Below are positions 37,067 through 46,784 of a DNA stretch of 60,294 bases, in pieces. The DNA comes from Oscillospiraceae bacterium (GTDB taxonomy: Bacteria; Bacillota; Clostridia; Oscillospirales; UBA929): positions 1 through 60,294 of the forward strand of contig JAVBPM010000023.1 in NCBI GenBank assembly GCA_031549605.1, given 5' to 3'. The position numbers and the translations under genes are program-made. The notes below the pieces were generated by a model. The model saw only the letters and a program-made list of their open reading frames with translations, was not told the origin of the DNA and did no database searches. Within the stretch, counting starts at the first letter, position 1, and each line of letters opens with the position of its first letter.

Positions 37067-37761
37067 TACTCGGACTTGACGCCGCCGCCAAGACCTGCGC
37101 TGTGGCGCTCTACGACGGCAAGCTTGTCGCGCAACGCTTTGTCGACAACGGGCTGACCCACAGCCAGACGCTGCTGCCGCTGATTGCCGAGCTGCTTGCG
37201 TCTTGCGGGGTGGCACCCACGGCGCTCGACGGCGTGGCGGTTACCATCGGCCCCGGCTCGTTTACCGGGCTGCGCATCGGGTTGGCGACCGCGCAGGCGC
37301 TGGCGTGGCCGGATTTGCCCTGCGTCGGCGTGTCAACGCTGCACGCGCTGGCCGTCGGCGTGGCCGACCAAGGAGACGGGCAGATTTGCGCCTGCATGGA
37401 CGCGCGGCGCAATCAGGTGTACAACGCGCTGTTTGAGAGCAACAACGGGCAGCTAAAGCGGCTGTGCGACGACCGCGCGCTGGCGCTCGACGAGCTGGCA
37501 AGCCAGCTGGACAACCCGCTGTTTGTTGGCGACGCGCTTTCATTATGCACGCAAGCCTACAGCGCCAAACACCGCCTGCCGCCACCATCGTTGGCGCACG
37601 TGACCGGCGAGGCCGTCTGCCGCGCGGCGTGGCCGCTGTTCCAGCGCGGCGAGACGGTGGCGTGCCATGAGCTGGTGCCCGTTTACCTGCGCCTGCCGCA
37701 GGCCGAGCGCGAGTTGCTGGCCAAGCAAAACGTGAACACGGTGGCAAGCCACCTGAGATAG
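37063..37761 (+). CDS. tsaB: tRNA t6A biosynthesis protein
   Basis: HSQTLLP, GPGSFTGLRIG, MDARRNQVY, LVPVYLRLPQAERE; TTG overlapping the tsaE stop. Confidence 0.93.
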   Translation: MILGLDAAAKTCAVALYDGKLVAQRFVDNGLTHSQTLLPLIAELLASCGVAPTALDGVAVTIGPGSFTGLRIGLATAQALAWPDLPCVGVSTLHALAVGVADQGDGQICACMDARRNQVYNALFESNNGQLKRLCDDRALALDELASQLDNPLFVGDALSLCTQAYSAKHRLPPPSLAHVTGEAVCRAAWPLFQRGETVACHELVPVYLRLPQAERELLAKQNVNTVASHLR

Positions 37762-37780
37762 AACAAAGGAGAAATGAAAC

Positions 37781-38407
37781 ATGGGCGTATATGTTGTAGA
37801 CCACCCGCTGGTGCAGCACAAGCTGGCCATACTGCGCGATGTCGAAACGGGTCCCAAGGAGTTCCGCGCGCTGGTGCGCGAGATTGCCATGCTGGTCACC
37901 TACGAGGCGACACGCGAGCTGCCGCTGATTGACGTCAAGGTGCAGACGCCGCTGGAGGTGGCCGACTGCAAGAAAATCGAAGGCAAAAAGATGGCCGTCG
38001 TGCCCATTCTAAGAGCCGGACTCGGCATGATGGACGGCGTGTTGGACATGGTGCCTGCCGCCAAGGTGGGTCACATCGGCCTCTACCGCGACCCCGACAC
38101 CCACGAGCCGGTCGAGTACTACTTCAAGGTGCCCTCCGACATTGAGGAGCGCATTGTCTTTGTCGTCGACCCCATGCTGGCCACCGGCGGCTCGGCCGTC
38201 GATGCCGTGCAGATGATCAAGGACAAGGGCTGCACGCAAATCAAGCTGATGGTCATGGTGGCCGCGCCCGAGGGCATTGCCGCCATGCAAAAAGCCCACC
38301 CCGACGTCGATATTTTCGCCGCCGCGATTGACCGGCAGTTGAATGATCATTGCTATATTTTGCCCGGCCTGGGCGATGCAGGGGATAGGATTTTTGGGAC
38401 GAAATAA
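37781..38407 (+). CDS. upp: Uracil phosphoribosyltransferase
   Basis: [36 protein letters not shown]. Confidence 0.97.
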   Translation: MGVYVVDHPLVQHKLAILRDVETGPKEFRALVREIAMLVTYEATRELPLIDVKVQTPLEVADCKKIEGKKMAVVPILRAGLGMMDGVLDMVPAAKVGHIGLYRDPDTHEPVEYYFKVPSDIEERIVFVVDPMLATGGSAVDAVQMIKDKGCTQIKLMVMVAAPEGIAAMQKAHPDVDIFAAAIDRQLNDHCYILPGLGDAGDRIFGTK

Positions 38408-38591
38408 ATGGTGCAGCGGCGCCGCAACACTTACAGATGCACAAAAGCCGCTTGAGAAAACGCAAACAAACACGGAATAGACGTCAGCGCGCCGGCAGGT
38501 GCGCAGACGACTGTTTCGCGTTTGCGAAGTCGCTTTCTCAAGCGGCTTTTGCAGCAGCCGTTAGTGTTGCGGCGCCGCTGCCCGATAGCAC
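38407..38591 (+). repeat. ~185-nt rod-like hairpin element, family B copy 1
   Basis: AATGG...TTACAGATGC...CGGAATAG...CTGTTTCG...GAAGTC...GCAGCCGTTAG...CCGATAGCAC; 18-bp perfect outer stem 38413-38430/38564-38581. Confidence 0.85.
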
Positions 38592-38681
38592 GCGTTATAA
38601 ACCCGCGCGGACGCGCGACGCAACCACCAATATCAACCCAAACGCAGATGCCGCACCCCCACAACAAAGGAGGCGCCCATC

Positions 38682-39920
38682 ATGAAAAAACTCGCCCTGA
38701 CCCTCGCCGCGCTGCTACTGCTAACCGCCTGCGGCGGCAAGCCAACGCCCACCGTGCAGCCAACCACGCCGCCGCCCGCACCCACGACCACTGTCACGGC
38801 GACCGGCACTGCCGCGCCCGAAACGGTTGAACCGACGCCTGAGCCGACGGCCACCCAGCCGCAGCCAACCCCCACGCCGACAGAGGAGACAACCCCCGAC
38901 AACCTTGCGCCTCCACTATCACTCGACGATCAATACATCCAGACGTTGATGGCGATGAGCGACGAGGAATTGGAGGCTGAAAGCCAGCGACTGCTAGAGG
39001 ACGGGTATAGCAATGCGGATGACAAGCTGAACTATGTCCAAAATAGGGGTTGGGAAATGCCAGGCGCTAAATATGCAGTTGATTGGGAGAGACTAAGAGG
39101 TTGTCAGTGGCTTGAACTCTACACAGAACATCACATGGATTTAGATGGTGACGGCAAAGAGGAATCCATCTACGTGTCTACCTATACGGTCTTCGATACC
39201 GATAAGGATGGCAGCGACGAGAGCTGGCAAAAAGTCTATCTGACAATCAACGGTAAGAGCGAGCACATCATTAGCTTGAAGAATTCTACGTACTGCCACA
39301 GCCCGTTTGCCGTGGTCGACATCAACACAAGCGACGGGCAGAAAGAACTTGTGTTTGAGGTTGATTATGTCCACGGCAGAGACTCGAAGCCACATCTTCA
39401 TTTTTTCTGCTATCGCAACGGCGCTATTCAGTATATGAACACCGGCTGCAATCAGAAACGCTTGGGCAGTGCAAAAGGCGCAGCCAACTGGATCAACGGA
39501 TTCTTTGTAAACTCGAACCTACCCGGCGACAGCACGTTGGGCTTGACAGAGCGGCTGGGTACAGCAATAGACGCGCATCGATACACCATCAACTACAAAC
39601 TGACAAAAGACCATATGCTCTACGACGACGCCGATCTGTACGACATGGTGTATTATGGTGAGGGCGACGGCGGGATGGACTATACCTTTGCCGCGCCGGT
39701 CATTGCCTACTACGACCGCGACCTCAACGGCAAAACAACGACCATAAACGCGACGTCGCAGTGTAATTTTACCCGCACCGATGGCAAAGAACTGCTTGAG
39801 GTAACGCTCAAAAGCGGCAAAAAGTTCTGGCTGAATATCAATCGGCTGCTTACGCCGGACGGGCGCGAGCTGTCGTTGGAAACACTGTTTGACGCTACGT
39901 TTGGCGCTGGCAACACGTAA
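38682..39920 (+). CDS. Tandem-array lipoprotein 1
   Basis: MKKLALTLAALLLLTAC, Pro/Thr linker, DLDGDGKEE. Confidence 0.88.
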   Translation: MKKLALTLAALLLLTACGGKPTPTVQPTTPPPAPTTTVTATGTAAPETVEPTPEPTATQPQPTPTPTEETTPDNLAPPLSLDDQYIQTLMAMSDEELEAESQRLLEDGYSNADDKLNYVQNRGWEMPGAKYAVDWERLRGCQWLELYTEHHMDLDGDGKEESIYVSTYTVFDTDKDGSDESWQKVYLTINGKSEHIISLKNSTYCHSPFAVVDINTSDGQKELVFEVDYVHGRDSKPHLHFFCYRNGAIQYMNTGCNQKRLGSAKGAANWINGFFVNSNLPGDSTLGLTERLGTAIDAHRYTINYKLTKDHMLYDDADLYDMVYYGEGDGGMDYTFAAPVIAYYDRDLNGKTTTINATSQCNFTRTDGKELLEVTLKSGKKFWLNINRLLTPDGRELSLETLFDATFGAGNT

Positions 39921-39948
39921 TCTGCGTACAACAAAGGAGGCGCCCATC

Positions 39949-41376
39949 ATGAAAAAACTCGCCCTGACCCTCGCCGCGCTGCTACTGCTAACCGCCTGCG
40001 GCAACACGCCAACGCCCACCGTGCAGCCAACCACGCCGCCGCCCGCACCCACGACCACACCCACACCGACACAGCCCAGCCCGACGGCCACCGCCGCACC
40101 CGACGACTACGCCGCCAAGCTGGCCCAGCTGCTGGCGCTGACCGCCGCCTTTGACCCCGAAAGCGTCGTCGGCGGACTGGCGGCCAACACTGCGTTCAAC
40201 AACGTCAAGGCCGCTGTCGCCGCGCTGCTGGCAGAGCCGACGGGCGTGGTTATGCTGCCGGCCGACGTCGCGCGTGTCGACAAGCAAAGCGGCTTTGCCG
40301 TTACCTGCGCTGAAACCGTGAGTGTCGACGGCACCAACTACCGGCTGGTGACCTTGACAAACACGCATACCCCGCGCATCGATGGCGCTGTTGACAGCCT
40401 GTTTGTGCAGTATTGGAACGCTGACACGTTTGGGGTTGTGCCGCTGGTTGACAGTCACACATCGTCGGGCGAGGTGACCTCACTGGCCGATGCGCGCATC
40501 ATCGCCGCACAGAGCCTAATCTCGGTCATAATAAAGCGCAACAGCGATACGTTTGCATACATAGACAGCTACCAGCTCATTGCCTTTTCGCTCGAGGGCG
40601 GCGACATTGAGAACTGCCCGCCGTCCGTGCCCGACGACGTCGACAACGGTCATTGGCAGGTTTCGGCGCAGACATATGAATTTGTCAACCCCGACCGCAC
40701 CGCGCACGGCCTGCTGGTTTACGAGCTGGGCGACGAAGACAACGCCGAGCCGACCCGCCTCACAGTCAACGGCGAGCAGCTTACCATCGCCAACACCCAA
40801 ACGCCCTCCAGCACAATCACACTGACGCTGCAAGACGGTGCGTGGACGGTGTCCGATAACACCCAGCCGCTGACCGGCATGGCGGCCATCAAGGCGCAGG
40901 TCTTTGCCGCCGACGACTTTATGCTGGAGATGAGCCTGTCCCACAAGTCAGACGGGACAGTGGTCGGTGAGTCGATTGACGCTGATACGGGTAGCGTCGA
41001 TAAGCTGTATCAGTTTGGGTCCGATTTTGGCGACACCTTCAGTGAGACATACGCCGCGGCTTCTGACTTTTATGCCAATGAAAAGGCGTTTGAAAAACAG
41101 CTGCGCATCAGTGGCTTGATACACGTCGGCGACTATATTGGTGAAATTCGCGCCGATGGCGAGTTGCGCTACTTTGTAGACAAAGGCGTTTCCACCTTCA
41201 CGCCCGTGTCGACCGATGGCAACATCCAGACCGTCGACATTCTGTTCACCAGCGACGGCGGAGAAACAGAAGTGGTCACCTACCAATTCGACATCTCCGA
41301 CCCCAGCCAGCCCAAGATAGTTGATTTTGAGGACATCTACAACTTCGGCGAGATTACCGTCAAAGAAGTCGGCTGA
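39949..41376 (+). CDS. Tandem-array lipoprotein 2 (shared leader, unrelated body)
   Basis: Same RBS, signal and linker as gene 1; body lacks the motifs shared by the other four. Confidence 0.88.
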   Translation: MKKLALTLAALLLLTACGNTPTPTVQPTTPPPAPTTTPTPTQPSPTATAAPDDYAAKLAQLLALTAAFDPESVVGGLAANTAFNNVKAAVAALLAEPTGVVMLPADVARVDKQSGFAVTCAETVSVDGTNYRLVTLTNTHTPRIDGAVDSLFVQYWNADTFGVVPLVDSHTSSGEVTSLADARIIAAQSLISVIIKRNSDTFAYIDSYQLIAFSLEGGDIENCPPSVPDDVDNGHWQVSAQTYEFVNPDRTAHGLLVYELGDEDNAEPTRLTVNGEQLTIANTQTPSSTITLTLQDGAWTVSDNTQPLTGMAAIKAQVFAADDFMLEMSLSHKSDGTVVGESIDADTGSVDKLYQFGSDFGDTFSETYAAASDFYANEKAFEKQLRISGLIHVGDYIGEIRADGELRYFVDKGVSTFTPVSTDGNIQTVDILFTSDGGETEVVTYQFDISDPSQPKIVDFEDIYNFGEITVKEVG

Positions 41377-41403
41377 TAACGCCATAGTAGGAGAGTGAGC
41401 GCC

Positions 41404-42654
41404 ATGAACAAGCTAGCCCTAACCCTCGCCGCGCTGCTACTGCTAACCGCCTGCGGCGGCAATCCAACGCCCACCGTGCAACCCACCACGCAGCAGCCGA
41501 CGGCCACGGTCACGCCGAACGGCACCGACGCGCCTGTCACGGACGAGCCGTCGCCCAGCCCAACGGCCGAGCCGACGCCCACGGCCGCCCCCGATAATCT
41601 GGCGCCGCCGCCGACCGAGGACGATGTGTACCTGCAGGCGGTGATGGCCATGAGCGATGACGAGCGGCTGGCGCTGGACCGCGAGCTGGAAGTCAATGCC
41701 ACGGACGACCCGCACGCGGGCGCGAAACAAGGCTGGCTGAATCGCCTTGAAAGCAACAGGCACCGGTTCTCTGACGACGAAGGCGGCGCGTTGCCGAACC
41801 TGTACGAGACGTTGTCCGAGCGCTTTGTGCTGCTGTACGTTGGTCAGACCTACCGCTACGACCTTGACAACGACGGTGCTGAAGACACCTTCCATGTGGC
41901 GACACACACCGACTTTGGCGCATCGCAGGAGATCTACATCACCATTAACGGCACGTGCGAGAAAATCTTGGGCATCAAGGCGCCGCGCCTGTGCTCCGAT
42001 GTCTATCTGCTGGTGGACATTGACAAGTCGGACGGCTACAAGGAGCTGGTGTTTGAGACGCAGGACGATACGCGGTCTGGACCCTATTCGAGCGCGGTGT
42101 CGCACGTCTTTTGCTACCGCAATGGGGCCATGCAGTACATGAACAGCGGCTGCAACGACAAGCGCTCGACCGACGATGACGCGCCGGGGTTCCGAGACGG
42201 CGAGGTAAAGCCTGACTGGATTAAGTGCGCCTTGACCGGCCTGCACATCGACGGCAGCGGCGCCTTGCGTGTGGAAAAGCCGTTGAACGACAATATTGAG
42301 AGGCTTAACTACTACGTCGATTACCAACTGACCAAAAGCCATATGCTGGCAGGTCAGCCCGACCAGCAGCTGCTTGACATCGCCTATGACGCCGACTACT
42401 GGTACACGTTTGAAATCCCGTTTACCGCCTATTACGAGCGCGACACCGGCAGTAAGACAACCACCATCAACGCCACCACGAAGTGCCATTTGACGCGCAC
42501 CGACAACCTGGACTGGATTGAGGTGACGCTGAAAAGCGGCAAGAAATTCTGGCTCTACATAGACGATGTCAATGGCTTGTATGGCGGCAATCCAGGCATA
42601 CAGGACTTTATCGTGCTGTTCGGGGTGAACTTAAGCTACGCCGGATTGTGCTAG
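41404..42654 (+). CDS. Tandem-array lipoprotein 3
   Basis: MNKLALTLAALLLLTAC, PDNLAPP, DLDNDG, EVTLKSGKKFWL. Confidence 0.88.
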   Translation: MNKLALTLAALLLLTACGGNPTPTVQPTTQQPTATVTPNGTDAPVTDEPSPSPTAEPTPTAAPDNLAPPPTEDDVYLQAVMAMSDDERLALDRELEVNATDDPHAGAKQGWLNRLESNRHRFSDDEGGALPNLYETLSERFVLLYVGQTYRYDLDNDGAEDTFHVATHTDFGASQEIYITINGTCEKILGIKAPRLCSDVYLLVDIDKSDGYKELVFETQDDTRSGPYSSAVSHVFCYRNGAMQYMNSGCNDKRSTDDDAPGFRDGEVKPDWIKCALTGLHIDGSGALRVEKPLNDNIERLNYYVDYQLTKSHMLAGQPDQQLLDIAYDADYWYTFEIPFTAYYERDTGSKTTTINATTKCHLTRTDNLDWIEVTLKSGKKFWLYIDDVNGLYGGNPGIQDFIVLFGVNLSYAGLC

Positions 42655-42679
42655 AGAAACCGCTAAGGAGGCGCACATC

Positions 42680-43876
42680 ATGAAAAAACTCGCCCTAACC
42701 CTCGCCGCACTGCTACTGCTAACCGCCTGCGGCAACGCGCCAACGCCCACCACGCAGCGACCGACGGCCTCAGCAACGGTTACGCCGACCGGCACTGCCA
42801 CGAGCGAAACGGTTGAACCGACGCCTGAGCCGACGGCCACCCAGCCGCAGCCAACGCCCACGCCCGACCCCGACAATCTCGCGCCGCCGCCGACCGACGA
42901 CGACTTGTACCTGCAAGCGGTGGCGGCTATGACAGGGGACGAGTGGGATGCCGAGTGCCGGCGGTTGGAGGACGAGGGCTACAACGAGGAAAATCTGCTG
43001 TTCTGCGCGGTAAACTACAAGGTGTGGGACGCCGACTATAGTCCGCGGGATGCCGAGCAGATGTCCGACTACAGGCCGCTGCACCTCAACCGAACCTACC
43101 ACGTCGATCTGGATGGCGACGGCGTTGACGAGACCGTTCACGCCGCCACGCGCTATTGCTTCGACGGCGGCAAGGAGTACAACACGCAGGGGTGGCAGAA
43201 GATATACCTGACCATCAACGGCAAGTGCGAGCAGGTGCTTAAAACCACGGGCTGCGCCTTTAGTCTCAACACCTACAACGTCGTTGACCTCGACACCTCC
43301 GACGCGTTGAAAGAGCTGGTGTTTGAAACAGGTGACTTTTCGCCCTACGACTCCATCAACCGGCTGCACTTTTTCTCCTACGACGGCGGACAGCTCAACT
43401 ACGTCAACGCCGACTGCAACAAAAGCATCGCCGAAAAGTTTGACTACATTAACAAGGATTGGATCGAGGGATCTCTGCCGCAAATCGACATTCCGGGCAA
43501 CGGAACGCTGTCCATGGCACTGGAGCTGTACAGAGTGGCCGCCAATACCTATCAGGTCAACTACAAACTGAACGACAAGCACCGTTTTGTCGACGAGGGC
43601 GGGCTGTACACCATCACGCGCGAGCTGTATGCGCCCCACGAGTGCCTGCAGCCGCTGGTGGCCTATACCCAGCGCGACCTTAGCAGCAAGACGACAACCA
43701 TCACCCCCACGACTACCTTTAACATGCTGCGCTCCGACCTGGACAAGTGGATTGAGCTTCAACTGCCGAGCGGCAACAAGTTTTGGCTGTACATAGGTGA
43801 CGGCGGCGCACGGCAGGCCAGTGATGACTGGGCTGAGCTGTTTACCGGCACAGAAGGCTGGCCGGGCAACTGGTAG
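42680..43876 (+). CDS. Tandem-array lipoprotein 4
   Basis: Same leader, PDNLAPP, DLDGDG, KELVFE, SGNKFWL. Confidence 0.88.
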   Translation: MKKLALTLAALLLLTACGNAPTPTTQRPTASATVTPTGTATSETVEPTPEPTATQPQPTPTPDPDNLAPPPTDDDLYLQAVAAMTGDEWDAECRRLEDEGYNEENLLFCAVNYKVWDADYSPRDAEQMSDYRPLHLNRTYHVDLDGDGVDETVHAATRYCFDGGKEYNTQGWQKIYLTINGKCEQVLKTTGCAFSLNTYNVVDLDTSDALKELVFETGDFSPYDSINRLHFFSYDGGQLNYVNADCNKSIAEKFDYINKDWIEGSLPQIDIPGNGTLSMALELYRVAANTYQVNYKLNDKHRFVDEGGLYTITRELYAPHECLQPLVAYTQRDLSSKTTTITPTTTFNMLRSDLDKWIELQLPSGNKFWLYIGDGGARQASDDWAELFTGTEGWPGNW

Positions 43877-43907
43877 CACCGACCCAGCAATAAAGGAGGC
43901 GCCCATC

Positions 43908-45122
43908 ATGAAAAAACTAGCCCTGACCCTCGCCGCGCTGCTATTGCTGACCGCGTGCGGCGGCAATCCAACGCCCACCGTGCAGCCCACCACGCAGCCG
44001 CCGACGGCCTCGGCCACGGTTACGCCGACCGGCACTGCCACGACCGAAACGGTTGAACCGTCGCCTGAGCCGACGGCTACCCAGTCGCAGCCAACTGCCA
44101 CACCCAGCCCCGACAATCTCGCGCCGCCGCCGACCGAGGACGACTTGTACCTGCAGCGCCTGTGGGCAATGAGCCAGTCGGAGCTGGAGGCCGAGTTGAA
44201 GGTTGTTGACGAGGACGGCAGCACGTCATTTGGAACGCGTGAGGACTATTTGTACTCACTGATTACCAGCTTGCTCTGGCGCAAATATGAAGGCGACAAT
44301 GAGACGCAGTACGGCCGCATCGAGAACAATAACGAGCTGTTGTTGATGGGCGAGACCTATCAGTACGACCTTGACGGCGACGGCAAAGAAGACACGTTTC
44401 ATGTCGCCACGCACACCACGTTCGGCGATGCGCAGGATATCTATATCACCGTGAACGGCAAGTGCGAGCCGATTATCAAAACAAGTGACGGCCGCGTCTG
44501 CTATGAAGCCTACGCGTTGGTGGACATTGACAACAGCGACAACAACAAGGAACTGGTGTTTCAAACCGCGCAGTTGTCGTATGACGAAGAAGATGTGCTG
44601 CACTTTTTCTGTTACCGAAACGGCGCCATGCAGTACATGAACACCGGCTGCAACCAAAAACGGCTGGGGAGCGCAACCGGCTCAGACAACTGGATTCATG
44701 GATATTTATCCAGCTTAATAATCACCGGCGACGGCACGGCGGACGGGACTGAGCAGATGAGTGCCGGCAATAACGTGCGCGACTTCATCATCCATTACAA
44801 GCTGACGAAAAACCACATGCTCTACGACGACGCCGATTTGTACGACATTTTGCCCCGTGGACTGGAAGACAACGGGATGGAATATACCTTTGCTAAGCCG
44901 GTCATTGCCTATTACGACCGCAATCTCAGCGGCAAAACAACGACCATCCTCGCGACGTCGCAGTGCAAATTCTCCCGCACCGATGACGAAGACTGGATCG
45001 AGGTGACGCTGAAAAGCGGCAAAAAGTTCTGGCTGAATCTTTATGAGCTGGTGACGCCGGACGGCGAGGAGCTGTCGCTGCCAAGCTTGTTTGACGTCGA
45101 ATTCTGGGCGGGCAGCATGTAA
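43908..45122 (+). CDS. Tandem-array lipoprotein 5
   Basis: Same leader, PDNLAPP, DLDGDGKED, EVTLKSGKKFWLN. Confidence 0.88.
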   Translation: MKKLALTLAALLLLTACGGNPTPTVQPTTQPPTASATVTPTGTATTETVEPSPEPTATQSQPTATPSPDNLAPPPTEDDLYLQRLWAMSQSELEAELKVVDEDGSTSFGTREDYLYSLITSLLWRKYEGDNETQYGRIENNNELLLMGETYQYDLDGDGKEDTFHVATHTTFGDAQDIYITVNGKCEPIIKTSDGRVCYEAYALVDIDNSDNNKELVFQTAQLSYDEEDVLHFFCYRNGAMQYMNTGCNQKRLGSATGSDNWIHGYLSSLIITGDGTADGTEQMSAGNNVRDFIIHYKLTKNHMLYDDADLYDILPRGLEDNGMEYTFAKPVIAYYDRNLSGKTTTILATSQCKFSRTDDEDWIEVTLKSGKKFWLNLYELVTPDGEELSLPSLFDVEFWAGSM

Positions 45123-45291
45123 GCCGCGAACTGTTGGTATAAACTTTTCCGTCAGTTACCATAATTGGCAAATAATGACAACCCGATTGGGGTATACTAA
45201 GCCGCAGTTGGGCGCGATGCGCCCGGTTGCGGCTTATTTTATTATGGCAAGCGGTCGGCGCATCGGCCGAAAAAGGCACAGGAGGGGCACT

Positions 45292-45597
45292 ATGACACTG
45301 GAAAGCACAGTCAACGGCAGCAGCCTGACGGTCAAGCTCAAGGGCGAGCTGGACCATCACGCGGCGACGCAAATTCTCAAACGGGTGGGCGAGCAAATCG
45401 AGTACGAGCGGCCCACGGCGCTGAGCATTGATATGCGCGGCGTCAGCTTTATGGACAGCTCGGGCATCGCCGTGCTGCTCGGCTCGTACCGGCGCATGCA
45501 GGAGGCGGGCGGCAGCTTCAGCGTCTGCGGCGTCAGCGACCAGTCCAAAAAGCTGCTCACGGCGGCGGGCATCGACCGCCTGATACCGTTAACGTAG
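45292..45597 (+). CDS. spoIIAA: Anti-sigma F factor antagonist (STAS)
   Basis: GELDHH, FMDSSGIAVLLG; first gene of the spoIIA operon. Confidence 0.93.
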   Translation: MTLESTVNGSSLTVKLKGELDHHAATQILKRVGEQIEYERPTALSIDMRGVSFMDSSGIAVLLGSYRRMQEAGGSFSVCGVSDQSKKLLTAAGIDRLIPLT

Positions 45598-45610
45598 GAG
45601 GAACGTACAT

Positions 45611-46057
45611 ATGAAAAGTAAGGTGCTCAACGAAATGACGCTGCAGTTTGTCAGCCGGTCGATCAACGAGGGCTTCGCGCGCACGGCGGTGGCCGCCTTT
45701 GTCGCGCAGCTCGACCCGACGCTTGACGAGCTAAACGACATCAAAACCTCGGTCAGCGAGGCGGTCACCAACTGCATTGTGCACGGCTACCCCAACGCGC
45801 TGGGCGACATCACGCTGCGCGCGCGGCTGCTGGAGGGCGGCAAGCTGGAGCTGGTGATTAAAGACAAGGGTATCGGCATTGCCGACGTGCCGACAGCGCG
45901 CAAGCCGCTGTTTACCACCGGCGGCGCCGAGCGCAGCGGCATGGGCTTTACCATCATGGAGAGCTTTATGGACACGCTTAGGGTTAAGTCAACGCCGGGC
46001 AAGGGCACGACGCTGACCATGTCGCGCCGGTTGGCGGCGCGCCTGTCGGCGCGATAG
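45611..46057 (+). CDS. spoIIAB: Anti-sigma F factor
   Basis: NEGFAR, KTSVSEAVTNCIVHGY, ERSGMGFTIMESFMD. Confidence 0.95.
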   Translation: MKSKVLNEMTLQFVSRSINEGFARTAVAAFVAQLDPTLDELNDIKTSVSEAVTNCIVHGYPNALGDITLRARLLEGGKLELVIKDKGIGIADVPTARKPLFTTGGAERSGMGFTIMESFMDTLRVKSTPGKGTTLTMSRRLAARLSAR

Positions 46058-46058
46058 C

Positions 46059-46784
46059 ATGACGACCGCCGTTGCGCCGCATGACAACGCGGCGCTGCTC
46101 CGACGCGCCCGCGCGGGCGACAAGGCCGCCTGCGAGCAGGTCGTGTTGCAAAACAACGGGCTGATTTGGTCGGTTGTGCGCCGTTTTTTCGGCCGCGGCA
46201 TCGAGGCCGACGACCTCTACCAGCTGGGCTGCGTCGGCTTTCTCAAGGCCGTGGCCGGCTTTGACGACGAGTACGGCACGCAGTTTTCCACCTACGCCGT
46301 GCCCAAAATCAGCGGGGAGATACGCCGCTTTTTGCGCGACGACGGACCGGTCAAGGTCAGCCGCAGTCTGAAAGAGCAGGCGTACGCCGTGCGGCGCGCC
46401 CGCGAGGCGCTGCTCGGCCGGCTGGGCTGCGAGCCAACCGTCAGCCAGCTGGCGGCCGAGTGCGGGCTAACCATTGAGGAGGTCGCCGCCGCCGAGCTGG
46501 CCGCCGAGCCAACACAGTCGCTGCAGCAGGGCAGTGGTCAAAACGAGGACTTCACGCTGGAGCAAGCGCTGGGCGACAGCGGCATAGAGGGTCAGCTGGT
46601 CGAACGGCTGGCGCTGAAGCAGGCGCTGGCCAGTCTACCCGAGCGCGAAAAACAGGTCATCGACCTGCGCTACTTCCACGGCCTGACCCAACAAAAAATA
46701 GCCGACCTGCTGCAAGTGTCACAGGTGCAGGTCAGCCGCATTGAGCGGAAGGGGTTGGAGGCGTTGAGAGCGCAAATGGTCTGA
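46059..46784 (+). CDS. sigF: Sporulation sigma factor F
   Basis: LIWSVVRRF, FSTYAVPKISGEIRRFLRDDGPVKVSRSLKE, SQVQVSRIE; follows spoIIAB. Confidence 0.93.
   Translation: MTTAVAPHDNAALLRRARAGDKAACEQVVLQNNGLIWSVVRRFFGRGIEADDLYQLGCVGFLKAVAGFDDEYGTQFSTYAVPKISGEIRRFLRDDGPVKVSRSLKEQAYAVRRAREALLGRLGCEPTVSQLAAECGLTIEEVAAAELAAEPTQSLQQGSGQNEDFTLEQALGDSGIEGQLVERLALKQALASLPEREKQVIDLRYFHGLTQQKIADLLQVSQVQVSRIERKGLEALRAQMV

Noticed and set aside
38407..38591. Family B as 6S RNA or SRP RNA
   Set aside because: Length and rod shape fit loosely, but four copies within 20 kb, no own promoter, no large central bubble and no SRP GGAA tetraloop motif argue against it; an Rfam search is still needed.
38431..38685. 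ORFs over family B elements and the extended N-termini of argB and argD in the ORF track
   Set aside because: Not conserved between copies; strong RBSs point to starts at 57076 and 58161.
41443..44224. Long antisense ORFs (e.g. 41443-42489, 42770-44224, 51590-52870, 58092-59279)
   Set aside because: Shadow frames expected opposite GC-rich genes with strong codon bias; no recognisable motifs.
38682..45122. Lipoprotein array as an integron, shufflon or DGR target
   Set aside because: No integrase, invertase or reverse transcriptase in the window; spacers too short for attC sites; all genes co-oriented; differences not adenine-specific.
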